Below, in pieces: positions 1 to 11,277 of a stretch of 64,000 nucleotides of DNA. Every line of letters begins with the position of its first letter. The first letter of the stretch is position 1. Origin of the DNA: Oikopleura dioica (Eukaryota > Animalia > Chordata); assembly GCA_907165135.1 (NCBI GenBank), contig OU015568.1, positions 744,001 to 808,000 on the forward strand. Reading direction: 5' to 3'. The notes under the pieces are model-generated. The model saw only the letters and a list, made by a program, of their open reading frames with translations. It made no database searches and was not told where the DNA came from. A program made the position numbers and the translations under genes.

Positions 1-493
1 CTGCTCTTTCTCCCACTTCTGCGTCCGAAATTCCGGCTCATCTGAAAATCGAAAATTTTCCCCTTTTTGAATTGAAAATGAAGAATGAAGCTGCGAAACC
101 GCAGTTTAAATAGGTAGATACAGCGGAAAAATCATGATGAAGCTTCTTATGACGCGAATGAGGGTGATTATAAAGCAGTTGTTTTGAAGAAAGAGGATTT
201 TTGATGATCAAGGGTGATTTTTAGAGTCTCTTCAAGTTCTCGGAGATTTCTTTTAGCAAAATATCTGCTTGAAAGCCGCATTTGCATCTGAAAACACAAA
301 AATTGACCTCGCTAAGGTCAAGACAAGAAGCATTCCGGCAGTGAAATGGCCCGCGGCAGGGCTCGTTCCATTGATAAGACTAGGACAACCCATTTTTGAA
401 AATTTGCGCTAGAATCGTGTAATTACCCATCAAACCGCATAAAAAGAGAAAAGAAGTTGGAGAGAAGATGGATAAATGAGTTTTTCAACGATC

Positions 494-2032
494 ATGGGAG
501 CTTTTACGAATTATATTTTGATTTTTCTTTTGACGCTTCTTGGAACCTACATTTTTAACACAGAAGAACTTGAAAATCCAAAGTTTCAATATGCAGTCAG
601 TCATGTTCACGATTCAAGGTAAAATTCGAAAGGGATTTATCCTTTTTGAAAGCTGAATTTTAGCTGTAACCGAAAAGTCGCCTTGGGTGACTTCGGCCAA
701 TTTCCCGTGGTATTTTTGAGCTCGTTTCCTGGTTCGGGCAACACGTGGGCCCGTCAGGTTCTCGAGGATACGACTGGCTTCTACACTGGCTCAGTTTACT
801 ACGAAATGGAAATGACGCGCAATGGACTCAAAGGCGAGATGGAACACACCAGGAGTGGACGAACTATTGCGGTGAAGAATCACGGACAGAAAGAGTACGA
901 AAGTGCAGAAGGAAAGGGGCGAAAGTTAATCAATTCTATTTTGCTCGAAAGCCGCGAGCGGCTTCTTTCGACGTTTTCATCGATTTTTACCCGAGAGAAT
1001 AACCCTTACCCCTTGAAAAGGCATCATCATGGTCCTGCGAAATCCCTACGACGCGACTCTTGCTGATTATAAACGCCAAATGTCGGGCTCGCATACTGGC
1101 AATTTGGAAAAGAAAGATTTCGAAAACGAGATTTGGCGAAAATTCATCGACCAGCACATGCATCGCTGGTTCGGAAGCGCTGTTTGGTTTCCGATGTTTG
1201 CTGAAAAGGCGAAAATTCCGATGCTGATCATTTACTACGAGGATATGAAGGTAGAATTGAATAGAAAAATGAACTTTTGAGAGAAAGATCGCTTTAAAGC
1301 CGCTTGCGGCTTTTTCTACTCCCTCAAAGTAACCAAAAATGTATTTAATAGCCGCACGCGGCTCTTTTACGCTTTTATTTGACTTAACATTTTCGGGCAA
1401 TAACATAAGAATAAGAATAATTGTTAAGGAAAATCTTGTGAAAGAAATGCGGAAAGTCGTCGACTGGTACCGCGAGCATTTCAAAATTCCACTTGACGAC
1501 GCGGAGCATCGTCTCGATTGCCTTCTGAAGCAGGAAGTGAAATTCCACAGAAAGAAAACTGATCTCGGCGATATTTGGCCGGCCGACAAGATTCCTGGAC
1601 TCGACAAGGGAATCAGAGAGATGCAGGTAATACTGATGAATTTGGGCTTGAAATGATCTATATTCTCGAGGGAAAAGCCGCTTGCGGCTTTTTCGAAGTT
1701 ATTCAAATGTGAAACGCAGTTTTTATATTTTACCATCTATTATTGCACCCCCTTAAGAATTTTAAGGCTTTTTACGAGCATCACCAGCTGCCAGAAATGC
1801 CAGATTCGTATCTAAAAGACCCGGAAAAGTCGAAAAAACTTCCGTCTGAGCATTTACAGATGACTGTAGTTACTTCCCACGCGATCAAAAAGGTCGATGA
1901 AACAGTCAAAAAGAGGTACCGTCATCATTTTAAATTACTTTCTAGCGTTTTTTTTTCAGAGAACTCTTCATGAAAAACGGCCAGCAATATGTTTTCACGA
2001 CTGCCGATCAATTCCGAGTAAAAGCCGACTAG
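494..2032 (+). CDS. WSCD1/2-like Golgi type II sulfotransferase (6 exons)
   Basis: Exons ~494-618, 664-911, 1021-1250, 1429-1626, 1767-~1917, ~1959-2032 join in frame. N-terminal hydrophobic anchor (MGAFTNYILIFLLTLLGTYIF), 5'-PAPS motif SFPGSGNTW, VKNHG, 3'-PAPS motif LRNPYDA, IIYYEDMK. Intron 912-1020 is GA-AG. Confidence 0.82.
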
Positions 2033-2189
2033 AAAATCGACTCTAGAATCGTTTTTGTTACATAACTAAATATGCCGCTGCCTTCAACCCTTTCTTTTTC
2101 ATATTTTTTAGAATTTCCAATTTTGCAAGCTTGAAAAGTACAGTGATTTTTAACGCGTTTCGTATTTTCTGTGAATAAATAATATTTAT

Positions 2190-3705
2190 CTATATTTGTT
2201 TGAGAACATCCTGGGTAGTAAATTTTATGTCTTCGAAGGAACAGCGATCGGCAAGAGCAGCGGTAGAACATGATCGGATTTCCTGAAAGAAAAACATAGA
2301 AAATTTGTGAATTTTGGCTTTCAACTGGGAGGACATTGGCTTATATTCGAAAAAAGCCCCGTGCGGCTTTCCTGTCGTCTTATTTGATTGAAAAGCCGCA
2401 AGCGGCTTCTTCAAAAGTTCTATGAGCAAATCAAAGAGGGAAGAGATACGGTATCTCAGATACCTTTAGTTCGTCAAAGAAGTCGAGCTCTTCTCCGATA
2501 TTGGACAGTCCGGTCAAAATCCAGTTTCCAAAGCCGCATGTATGCAAAGCCGCGTTTTTCGTGCAAAGATTTTGCTGGCAGCGATTCTCGAACTCGTCGC
2601 AGGATTGATGGATTTTGTAAAACAACGAGTTCTTTACAAGAAATTTAGCAAAAAAGGGACGTGATTGAGCTTACTTTTGAATGATAATCGCTGCTGGAAA
2701 CGCAATCGCTGTGTTTTTCGCATTTCCTTTGCTCGAATTCTTCTTGCAACGAGTCCAAATCGACCAGATGCGCTTGGTAGTTCTCGTTCAACACGAAATT
2801 CGAGCCAGAAATGTCGTCAATGTACAGATTGTTGTCTTCAAGTTGGAGAAAGAGCTCGGCAAAGGACTGGATCGAGCGCCAGATGTTGCGTTCTACCTCG
2901 TCGTCGTGGACTTTGACCTCCGAAACGAGCGCTTCTTGTAGCTCTTCGAGGCGGAAACACTCGTCGTTGGTTCCGAATTCGTCGCTGCAGACTGAAAAGA
3001 TGAATTATTTCGGCCTTTCTCTCCAATCGAAAGCCGCTTGCAGCTTTCTTGAAGACATTTCTCCCTTCTACATTTTTCCCCTACTCTTACCTGGATCTCC
3101 ACCGACATCGGATAAAACATAAAGAAGTTCTTCTCCCTTGAAACAAGTATTTAGCACCTCTGGTTGTCCATACAAGATCTGTTTCTCCAATATCTCCAGC
3201 TCTCTTTTTAATTTCTCTCGTTTTAGCGGATCTGGGCGTGAAGAAAAGGAAGATTTGACAATGAAGGTTTCTCCGTTGACGAATATTCGATTCACTGTCT
3301 TGCCATTATCGTGGGAAAGGTCTTGGATAATCGGCTGAAGATGGATGTTTCCACAGCTAAAAAGCTGTAAGGGTTTGGTTGATTTTGAAGGGATTTTGAT
3401 AAAAATCAGGACTCGATCGCCTGTGTAGAAACCTGACTCAGGGTCCTCAAACAGATTTAACGAAAAACCGCGACCCTATTTGCGGCTTTTTTGCTCATTC
3501 TGCGGCTATTTATCCGAGCTTTTCCAAAACCCTGACTCAGGTTTCTACGCAGGTTTCTGAAACCTGCGTAGGCCTAAGGATGCCCAATTTTTTACCTCAA
3601 TTTACAAGCAGTAGAGTCACAAGCAACTTCATAATAAAGATACGAATATCCAATAAACACAAAAATCACGAATCCGCAAAATGCTATCAATTTAGGATCT
3701 CTCAT
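2190..3705 (-). CDS. Secretory-pathway divergent kinase, DIPK/FAM69/PKDCC-like (multi-exon)
   Basis: ATG 3705, MRDPKLIAFCGFVIFVFIGYSYLYY anchor; spliced exons give FIVK (VAIK-like), YIDDISGSNFVL (catalytic-loop-like), HLVDLDSL (DFG replaced by DLD) and a Cys-rich C-terminus; stop at 2190. Confidence 0.6.
3420..3553. mobile_element. MITE, family with CCTGASTCAGG terminal inverted repeats
   Basis: CCTGTGTAGAAACCTGACTCAGG ... CCTGACTCAGGTTTCTACGCAGG; lies in intron 1 of the DIPK-like gene. Confidence 0.75.
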
Positions 3706-4726
3706 TTTCCACTTCTTCTTTTCACTCTTTTTGATAGCTTTACTTTTTGTTTACCATCGTTCAAAATTCAAATTGACAATTGTAAAAAACGCCTTGTTTG
3801 CCTAGAAAACAATAAATTCTACTCAATTACTATTGCCACAGATTTTTACGGTAAAAATGCATCATAAATTTTTCAATGATCTTTTCTTTTGTAAAGCCGT
3901 AAAAAAATCTTCTTTTCAAAAAGTCTGAAAATTCGAGCTTGAGAGACCTTTCCTAAAAACACCTTTTTCTCATTGCTTTTCCGTCTTCTTGGTTTATCCA
4001 TTCGATAATTTCTCTTTTCCGATCATAAAAGAGCGCAATTTTTATCTTTGAAATTTACTCTATCTTTTTCGTGGCCACCCACGCGAATTTATCTTCGCGC
4101 GCCACGATTCTCGAAAGGAGTCAGATTTGGCAGCGGCTGTCAAAGCGATTCGATTCGAATTTGACGGTTTTGTACTGTTAGAACCGGTCGGTTCAAAGGT
4201 AAAATCGAAAGGGGCGATCGTTCTTCAGATTCTCTTTAGATTCTTTAAATTCTTCCCGTCTTAAAATTAGTTGAAGCGTCATCGAATTCAAAAATGAACT
4301 ATCGGAAACGATATTTTAATGATCGACTACTGGTATCGTTTGGCACGCTGGAGACGGATGTTTTTATGTATCGATGAACGGAGGTACAGTATTACTGAAC
4401 GTCACCATGGGTTCTCTCGGAGATTCAAATCTATCCACGAATTTTGAGAAGGAGCAGTAACTACGGTAGATCTTTCGTACAATCTTGGTTTGAACTACAG
4501 GAACTGTAGGAGCTGAAATAGAGCGTGAAAGTCGAGTGCACCTGCTCGTTATCTGCCCCAGTTCTGATTGACTGGTCGATCGTTACAGTCACTTCCTCCG
4601 CTTGGTGGCCTTGAACATGATAAAACTCACTTCGATTCCAGAGAGGTCATCAAATCATATTCTCCTCTTCTTCATCAACCAACTTTTCAATAAGAGAATA
4701 CTAAGAAAACAACCAAAGCTTCCAAG

Positions 4727-5662
4727 ATGAAGATCTTCAGTCTCTTCTTTACCTTTTCCTTCGCAATTGAGGACTTCCTCCTCTTCAGCCTCCTCAATGG
4801 CAATTCTGGTTCCCAATCCCAGACATCCCAGATGAACACTCTCCTTCCCCTCCTCCTTCTCAGCGACAACAACAGTACAAGTGACAACACTGATCTCCTC
4901 ATGCTGACAATGATGTCCGGCGGAACAAACGACATGAATCAGCTCCTCCCGCTTTTGCTCCTCTCCGACGATTCTGGCGATACCGACATGCTCTCTACTT
5001 TTCTGCTTCTTTCAACAATGCAAGGCGACTGCAATGTCAACACCAACGACGCCATGACCAATCTCCTTCCGCTGCTTCTCTTCGCTGATGATGGCAGCTC
5101 GCTTGGATCAAGCTCTGATTCGCTCATGACAATGCTTCTTTTCTCCACCATGAGCGGCGGCGAGGGATTCAGCTTCGAGACTCTTCTGATGCTCGATTTG
5201 TTCTCCGACGGCTCCAGCCGAAAGCGACGATCGACTGATGACGGCCTCGACGATGTTCTGATGATGGTTCTTCTTAGCTCCATGTCCGGCGGCATGAACA
5301 CCCAGAGCGGCTTCGACAACTCCTTCAACTTGCTCCTCCCCCTTCTTCTCATGAACGACACTTCTAGCGATAGCGACAGCAGCTCCCTTCTTGTGTTGAT
5401 GATGGCAATGCAGAGCGCCGCCCCCGGAACTGGAATGGGCAGCAACATGCTTCTTCCTTTGATGCTAATGGACGACAGTGGAGACAACGAGAGCCTCATT
5501 TTCTACATGATGATGTTCGGAGCTGGCAACAACGGTGGATGCAACGCGGCTACTGTCACCCTCCCGGAACAGATTGTCCAGCCAGCTCACCCAGAACAGC
5601 CAGTGGTTATCTATCAACAACCAAACTACCGAACTGCCGGAAATTACGCCTACTTCGGATGA
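4727..5662 (+). CDS. Intronless secreted Leu/Met/Ser/Asp-rich repeat protein (311 aa)
   Basis: Long ORF with coding-like composition, N-terminal hydrophobic signal, five LLPL(L/M)L repeats separated by acidic Ser/Asp linkers, central RKRR, AATAAA ~80 nt after the stop. Confidence 0.8.
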   Translation: MKIFSLFFTFSFAIEDFLLFSLLNGNSGSQSQTSQMNTLLPLLLLSDNNSTSDNTDLLMLTMMSGGTNDMNQLLPLLLLSDDSGDTDMLSTFLLLSTMQGDCNVNTNDAMTNLLPLLLFADDGSSLGSSSDSLMTMLLFSTMSGGEGFSFETLLMLDLFSDGSSRKRRSTDDGLDDVLMMVLLSSMSGGMNTQSGFDNSFNLLLPLLLMNDTSSDSDSSSLLVLMMAMQSAAPGTGMGSNMLLPLMLMDDSGDNESLIFYMMMFGAGNNGGCNAATVTLPEQIVQPAHPEQPVVIYQQPNYRTAGNYAYFG

Positions 5663-6290
5663 AAAACTTCTATTATTTATGAAGAGTTACTGTTACTCAT
5701 TTTATTTCTGTCACTTATTACCTGTTTTTTATGCTTTGAAAATCAATAAAAGAATTCAACAAAAATTCTTTCTTTCAATAAGCAACGTGGCAAAGGGAAG
5801 CTGATTCTTACTGTAACCTGATGTAATTTTCCATCGTTTACCATTTGATCCCCTCGTACGGCTGACTGCTCGACCCGTCGTTTTTCATGTGCGCTTATTG
5901 ACGTCTATTTTAGCGTCGACTCATGTCTCTTTTCCATCTCCCTCCTAATTCTACGATCCAGCTCAATTTACGACAAAGACAAAGCATCAGTATTCTCTGG
6001 TTCATAATTCAGTGGATTCGTGAGGTCACGAAGAAAATTCGAAAATTGGTGGAGTTAATTGGCTCGCTCGGTGAAGTCACTGGCGATTATTGTATATCTT
6101 CACAATCAAAAGGTCTTATTTCAGTCTTTCATCATCCTTTTGGAATGCGTGAGAAAAGCTTAAAAATCTATAATTCATGATTGACAACGATTTATAGTTC
6201 AATTTATTATTGCTTTACAAATAACAGTAAAAATAAATCGCATTTGTAGAATATTCTTTGTATCCAGATTAAAGGCTACTGACATATCTT

Positions 6291-6599
6291 CTATCTCAAC
6301 CAGGCTCCATTGTGGTAGTCGCGTCCGTAAAAAGGATGTGGGTCATGGTTAATGGGTCGGCGCCAGTCAGCGGCATCTTCTTCCTCAATCTTTTCGCCGT
6401 GCTTTTTGCCAAAATAGACAGCTGCGGCATCACCTCTCAAGATATCTTTAGCAAGACTGTCCAAGTTTTCCTGCTGCAAGAAGTTCTGCTGGCTTTCATC
6501 GAGATTTCCGTTGAATTCGTGAAGATCGTTGAAAATTTCTCCAAGCCTCTCTTGTTGTTCAGGACGGAGGTTTTCGATAAAAGCTTTCAAAGCTGTCAT
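6291..6599 (-). CDS. Hypothetical acidic helical protein (5' end uncertain)
   Basis: 102-aa ORF, frame stays open upstream of the Met; TTTATT (minus-strand AATAAA) at ~6204-6209; no recognisable domain. Confidence 0.45.
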   Translation of the reverse strand: MTALKAFIENLRPEQQERLGEIFNDLHEFNGNLDESQQNFLQQENLDSLAKDILRGDAAAVYFGKKHGEKIEEEDAADWRRPINHDPHPFYGRDYHNGAWLR

Positions 6600-7073
6600 T
6601 TTTAGACTCTGGAGATGGACGTCCGTTGCTTGATTATATGCGTTTTCAGGCGGAAATGAATTTTTATGCGGCTATTTTTTTGCTTCCTGTCTATTTTTAT
6701 CATTGACTTTATAATCGTTATTATAAAGTTTATTTTTTAAGACAAGAAACTCAAACTTTTGCCACCTCAATTTTGGTTTTCAAAGTAAACTGGCGGTAGA
6801 TAATTTTCAACTGAAATCAGCTTTGAATAATATTCGACCCCGAAGTGAACTTATGAGTGTGTTATCGAGAATTCACGCTGCCACCCGTTTCCGAGTTTGT
6901 AATCCAAACTGGAAGCGAACTCTCATTTCATCTTCCATGAAATCCTCTCTCTATCGCCCTCACTCGACAAGTTACTATAAAACAAGTCGCTTTCTAAAGT
7001 TCAAACGACACATCTCCAGTCCCAAGAAACGACAAACACTCTCCCTATTTAAAAAAAAATAATTAAAAAGAAG

Positions 7074-7304
7074 ATGCTCGGAAAAGTGCTTATGCTCCTC
7101 TTCATCTTCTCTTCATCCGTCCAAGCCTGGCGTCGCGAGTTTGACGGACACTCGCAAATCAGAAAAGAGCTTCAACGACGGGTCAACAACAGAGCTTCCA
7201 GACGCTCAGTTCTTTCATTCGATGCAGAAAAATACCAACGACGAGTCACAAGAAGACGATTGACGAGCAATATTCGGGAGCTCATTCGATACAGACGCCC
7301 CTGA
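7074..7304 (+). CDS. Small secreted Arg-rich peptide precursor (76 aa)
   Basis: Signal-peptide-like MLGKVLMLLFIFSSSVQA, 58-aa mature part with 17 Arg + 2 Lys, AATAAA ~55 nt downstream. Confidence 0.6.
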   Translation: MLGKVLMLLFIFSSSVQAWRREFDGHSQIRKELQRRVNNRASRRSVLSFDAEKYQRRVTRRRLTSNIRELIRYRRP

Positions 7305-7652
7305 ATGAATCTCTGACTGTATTTCTCCTTATGTGCTATGATTTTTCTCCTATTTATTTAATAAACCTTATTTAAAAATACTTTCTTGCGTATTAATTTC
7401 AAAAAACTTGCATAAAAATCGACACAAAAAACTCAATTTGAATTGATGACGCAAAATCCCTATAAAAAGACACCACAAGAACACGTTTTTTCTTCATAAA
7501 AATGCAAATTCAACCTTTTTCTAAAAGCTCACCCCATGGCAATCCGCCGCGCCACTTGACAGCTATGAAATTTTCCATAATTTTTTCGCCTCCTTCAGAA
7601 ATTCGAATTTATTCAATCATCAAGAAAAAAAGTGGACAATGATTCATTGTCA

Positions 7653-8733
7653 ATGAAGCTTTTTGAAATATTTTTTCTAAGCGCAAGTGTTTCCGGGATC
7701 AACTGGCCTGGTGGGAGAAAACTGACCTGGAGAGAGCTTCAAGAGATCATTTATCGACCAGAAACGACTGATTTACAAGCCAGATCGCAGTTTAAAAAAT
7801 CCTGGGGAGCTCCGGTCGGCGGTAAATTTTTGCCGCACCAGAAATGCCCAGCTCTTCCGGAATTCAAAGACTCGACCGGTTACGAATGCGATGGGGCCTC
7901 CTGCGCCATCAAGTGTCGCCCGGGATTTCAGCCAATCGGAGAAGCGAGGACGAACTGCATCAGCTCTAGAAAATCAAAGCCAATTTGGACCAATACTATT
8001 CGCGGCTGTGGAAGTTGCGTGCCGCCAGTTTTCAGCGACTTCAATCTTCGGGACTTCTGCTTCGTCGAGAAAGACAAGAACCAGCGCGTTTGTAAGGTGA
8101 GATGTACCGACGGAGCTGATGCGCTGAAGGGACTGAAGAAGGGAGAGTTGAGATGTGTTTGTACGAAGAAACTTGGCTGCAGATGGTTCAGTGGGAAGAG
8201 GAAGAATAAACCGCTGAGATTGACCAAAGCTTGGTTTCCTTTGTTTGAAAATCAATTTGGCGGAAATCTTATTTTCTTTCTTATGATTTTTTTTGTGAAA
8301 ATCACAAATTTGAAACCAAAAAAGTCCAGTGCAAAGCCCGTGAAGAAATGCGAATTCTAGAGGAGCCGCTTACTTGTGACCAAAAGCCACCAGGGTGCTT
8401 TGATATTTGGAACAATATCGGTCAGTAACACAAGCGAGGAAACTCTCATCTTTTTTTTCAGAGATCTACAGAACCTGGAGCTGTGATACTTGCTACATGA
8501 TTGAGGCAGATCTCGTCCCGCCAAGTTCCTTCGACTCTTCGGACTTCTTCGAGCTTGGTCTGTCGACTCCAATCAAAGAAGCGATCCAATGGTCTTTCCC
8601 GGTGAAGTCCGTGAATCACACTGAAATCAACAACGAGAACATTGTCAAAATCGATTTTACAAACGGAGATTTGGCGTCGATTGAAAAAACTGGCTTCTGG
8701 AAAGTGAAATTTCAAATCGAAATCAAGGAATAG
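7653..8733 (+). CDS. Secreted Cys-rich protein with sushi/CCP-like modules (about 3 exons)
   Basis: Signal peptide MKLFEIFFLSASVSG; CAIKCRPGFQPIGEARTNC...WTNTIRGC pattern; downstream exons (~8300-8395, 8462-8733) continue with Cys-containing sequence; first intron boundary not resolved. Confidence 0.68.
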
Positions 8734-9049
8734 TTCAATTTTTTTTTATTTCTGGCTTATCAGTCATTAAATATGAACAAATTTCGAACTTAAAAGGCTG
8801 AGAAAAAGCCAAAGCTTGAATATGCCAAAGGATGCTTTTGCTCGGAAGAACCTCAAGTTGATATCGACTTATAAAAAATTGCACTTTTTATACCAAAAAT
8901 TTTGTAATAAATTGCTTCTTATTGTTTTTTCTCGAAAAATTTGTTTGATTCTTTTTCCCGAAACCCCTGACGATCTTAGTGCTGCTTCTCTCCTCCCCGC
9001 TTCGATCCAGGTTAAAATATTTGATCTTGAGTCAGGTTTATTCTTTGAA

Positions 9050-9469
9050 TTATTCTTCAAATAAGTCCTCATACGCTGGTGGCGCTTCGTTTTCAAATTT
9101 TTCCTCGTTTATTATTTCGAGATGCGTTGGAGCAGACGGACCCATAGACGAAAATGGTTGCTCTGTGATTACTTCTGAGTGATTCGGTGTTTCATCATCT
9201 GTTTCAACTTTACAGGAATCTTCACAGCAGAAAAACGGCGATAGTAAAAATAGACCTTCCTTAAAGATGATAACGCAGTCGTTTAAACAATCAAATGGTG
9301 AGTAGCAATCGTCGCACAGCCAAGTGCAGCAAAATAAATTTTTCGCAATGAGAAGAAAAAGTGGTTGTAGAATTGCGTAGACTGTCAAACAAGCGATCCA
9401 TGGAGGCGTTATAATAAAACACGCTAAATAATCGAGAAATGCCGAACATAGACCTCTCTTGCAGGCCAT
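9050..9469 (-). CDS. Small Cys-rich membrane protein with C-terminal PPxY motif (140 aa)
   Basis: Hydrophobic Cys-rich N-half (CFIITPPWIACLTVYAILQPLFLLI; CCTWLCDDC; FFCC), acidic tail ending APPAYEDLFEE. Confidence 0.6.
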   Translation of the reverse strand: MACKRGLCSAFLDYLACFIITPPWIACLTVYAILQPLFLLIAKNLFCCTWLCDDCYSPFDCLNDCVIIFKEGLFLLSPFFCCEDSCKVETDDETPNHSEVITEQPFSSMGPSAPTHLEIINEEKFENEAPPAYEDLFEE

Positions 9470-9782
9470 TTTTAGATAGAAAAGGGTCAAACTTTCACGG
9501 TAAAAGGGTAGAGATCGTTGTGTGTTGCATATTATTCTCGCTTTTTTGTGGACATTTTATTTACTTTAACAAAGAAGTGAAACGCCTTGTGAACCATATA
9601 CACGAAAATTTATTGTTGAAGAATCTTTACACTTAATATTTTTATGCACAGAATAAGATAAAAAAAGAGGATGAAAATCAGATATCAAGAAAGAAATTTG
9701 TGTTGTGAGAATAAGACTTGCCAGAATAAAGCAGATTTTACATTAGAGAAGGAGTTATTTTTAAGAGTAGGGATCTTCGCTT

Positions 9783-10508
9783 TTAGTAATCTTCCTCTTC
9801 GGCTCCTCCGTAGTAATCACCGACGATGCACTGTGGCTGGTCTGCCACGGGACGCTTGCCATACTCGGGCTCATCTAGACTCTGGTTAGGGTAGAGAGAG
9901 GGTGAAATTAGACGCGCTACTCCCCAATACATTAAAAAATATTGACTCTAACGCTAATTTTTCTTAAAATTTTTTTTTTAAATTAAAAAATTATTGGGTC
10001 ATATTTTCAATAAGGGGATCCCTTTGTTAGCTATCAATTTTTTATTTTCAAAAATAAGATTTTCGGATGTGAATACCCTTAAAAATGGTAAGTTATCGCT
10101 TCACGGCGAGTCTGGAGTAGGAAGGTGGAGCAAACTAAACCAAATCCGAAATTCAGGATTATACAGCAGTTGCCACCCCGGCTCGCAGAGAATTGACACC
10201 GAGCGGATGTTTTGGCTGAATCCGCGCGCAGATAATTCAAAACCATTAAGAGTGTCAAGGTTGAGCACACCCTGCGAGCAGGTGCACCCAGCCTCATCCC
10301 CTTAACTCGTGAAAATTTGTTTTGAATATCGTTCTAAGGGTATCTTCTACATGAAGTAGGACACTAACTCTCTGAAGCCCTTAGAGTCTACAACGCCTGC
10401 TCTGAATTCACGAGTCGCAGCTCTAGCGGCGGACAATGTTGACATGTTGTCACAAACTTGTTGGAAAAATGTAACAAGGGATGCGACAAGAGCGAAATTC
10501 AGCACCAT
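9783..10508 (-). CDS. Tentative small secreted protein with one sushi-like module
   Basis: Hand-joined exons MVLNFALVASLVT... / GCTCSQG...ILCEPGWQLL / ...DQPQCIVGDYYGGAEEEDY*; splice phases not fully resolved and plus-strand readings also exist. Confidence 0.3.
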
Positions 10509-11277
10509 CAGAAACGATTAAGGACCTCCCTGACCGAAATTTAAACAAGTGATCTTCTATCAATAAGATATTTATGACAACAAGGAATTTAAAAAATACG
10601 CGCTTTGACGAATCAAAATCAACTCTAGAATTAGGTTAGAAGTACAAATAAATTTTTTATAAACGACTTAGGGTTTCCTTTAGTCGATGCTCTAGAATTC
10701 GATGTCGTGAGGGACAGTCTCTTCGGGGCTGATAAATAGCAAAACAAGATGCTCAGGAATTTACTGTGCGGGATGCCCTTATCACCAATCTCTGCGCACT
10801 CTCCTGGGCTCTTGAATATTTCGGAAAGGTTGGAATAAGATGGAATTCCCGCAAAGGAAACCAATCCCACTTGGACCATAAATTTTTCTGTCCCTCTTTT
10901 TCTCGTCATCTTTCCTAGTGATTACTTCACAAGAAGAAGTGAGTACAACTTTTATTCAATCAATCAGGCCTTATCGAAATTCGCGAAAAATCTCACCAGC
11001 GAGGACTCGCGTGCATTCTGGGCGCACCGTAATTCAGGCTTATGCAGCAGCCCCACTCACTCAATTTGAGAAAAAGCGCCACTTCTCGCAGAAAAAAGTT
11101 CTGCCCGGCAAAAAAGAGAACAATGGCCAAATTCAGAAATTTAATTAAAAATCCGAGTCTTGCTTCAAAATTCCCTATTTCTAATTTCAGAGAGCGAAAA
11201 TCAAGGGTTCAAAATAAAAAAGAGTCTTTTAACCTTTTTCAACAAAATAGCCAATTATTTGGTTAAAAGCTTAAAAT

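Noticed and set aside
1-393. Possible minus-strand gene starting at 393, divergent from the sulfotransferase
   Set aside because: The apparent first intron would be only ~20 nt and downstream frames could not be joined convincingly.
987-1736. 249-aa minus ORF and similar long ORFs (4939-5499, 58624-58965, 63548-63973, ORFs in 54.3-55.7 kb)
   Set aside because: Antisense shadows of real genes or products of low-complexity repeats.
4060-4680. Coding-looking minus-strand segments
   Set aside because: No consistent exon chain or recognisable motif.
10120-10170. EFRIWFSL as a possible POU homeodomain helix 3
   Set aside because: Lacks CNRRQK and the preceding helices; context (CEPGW) fits a sushi-like module better.
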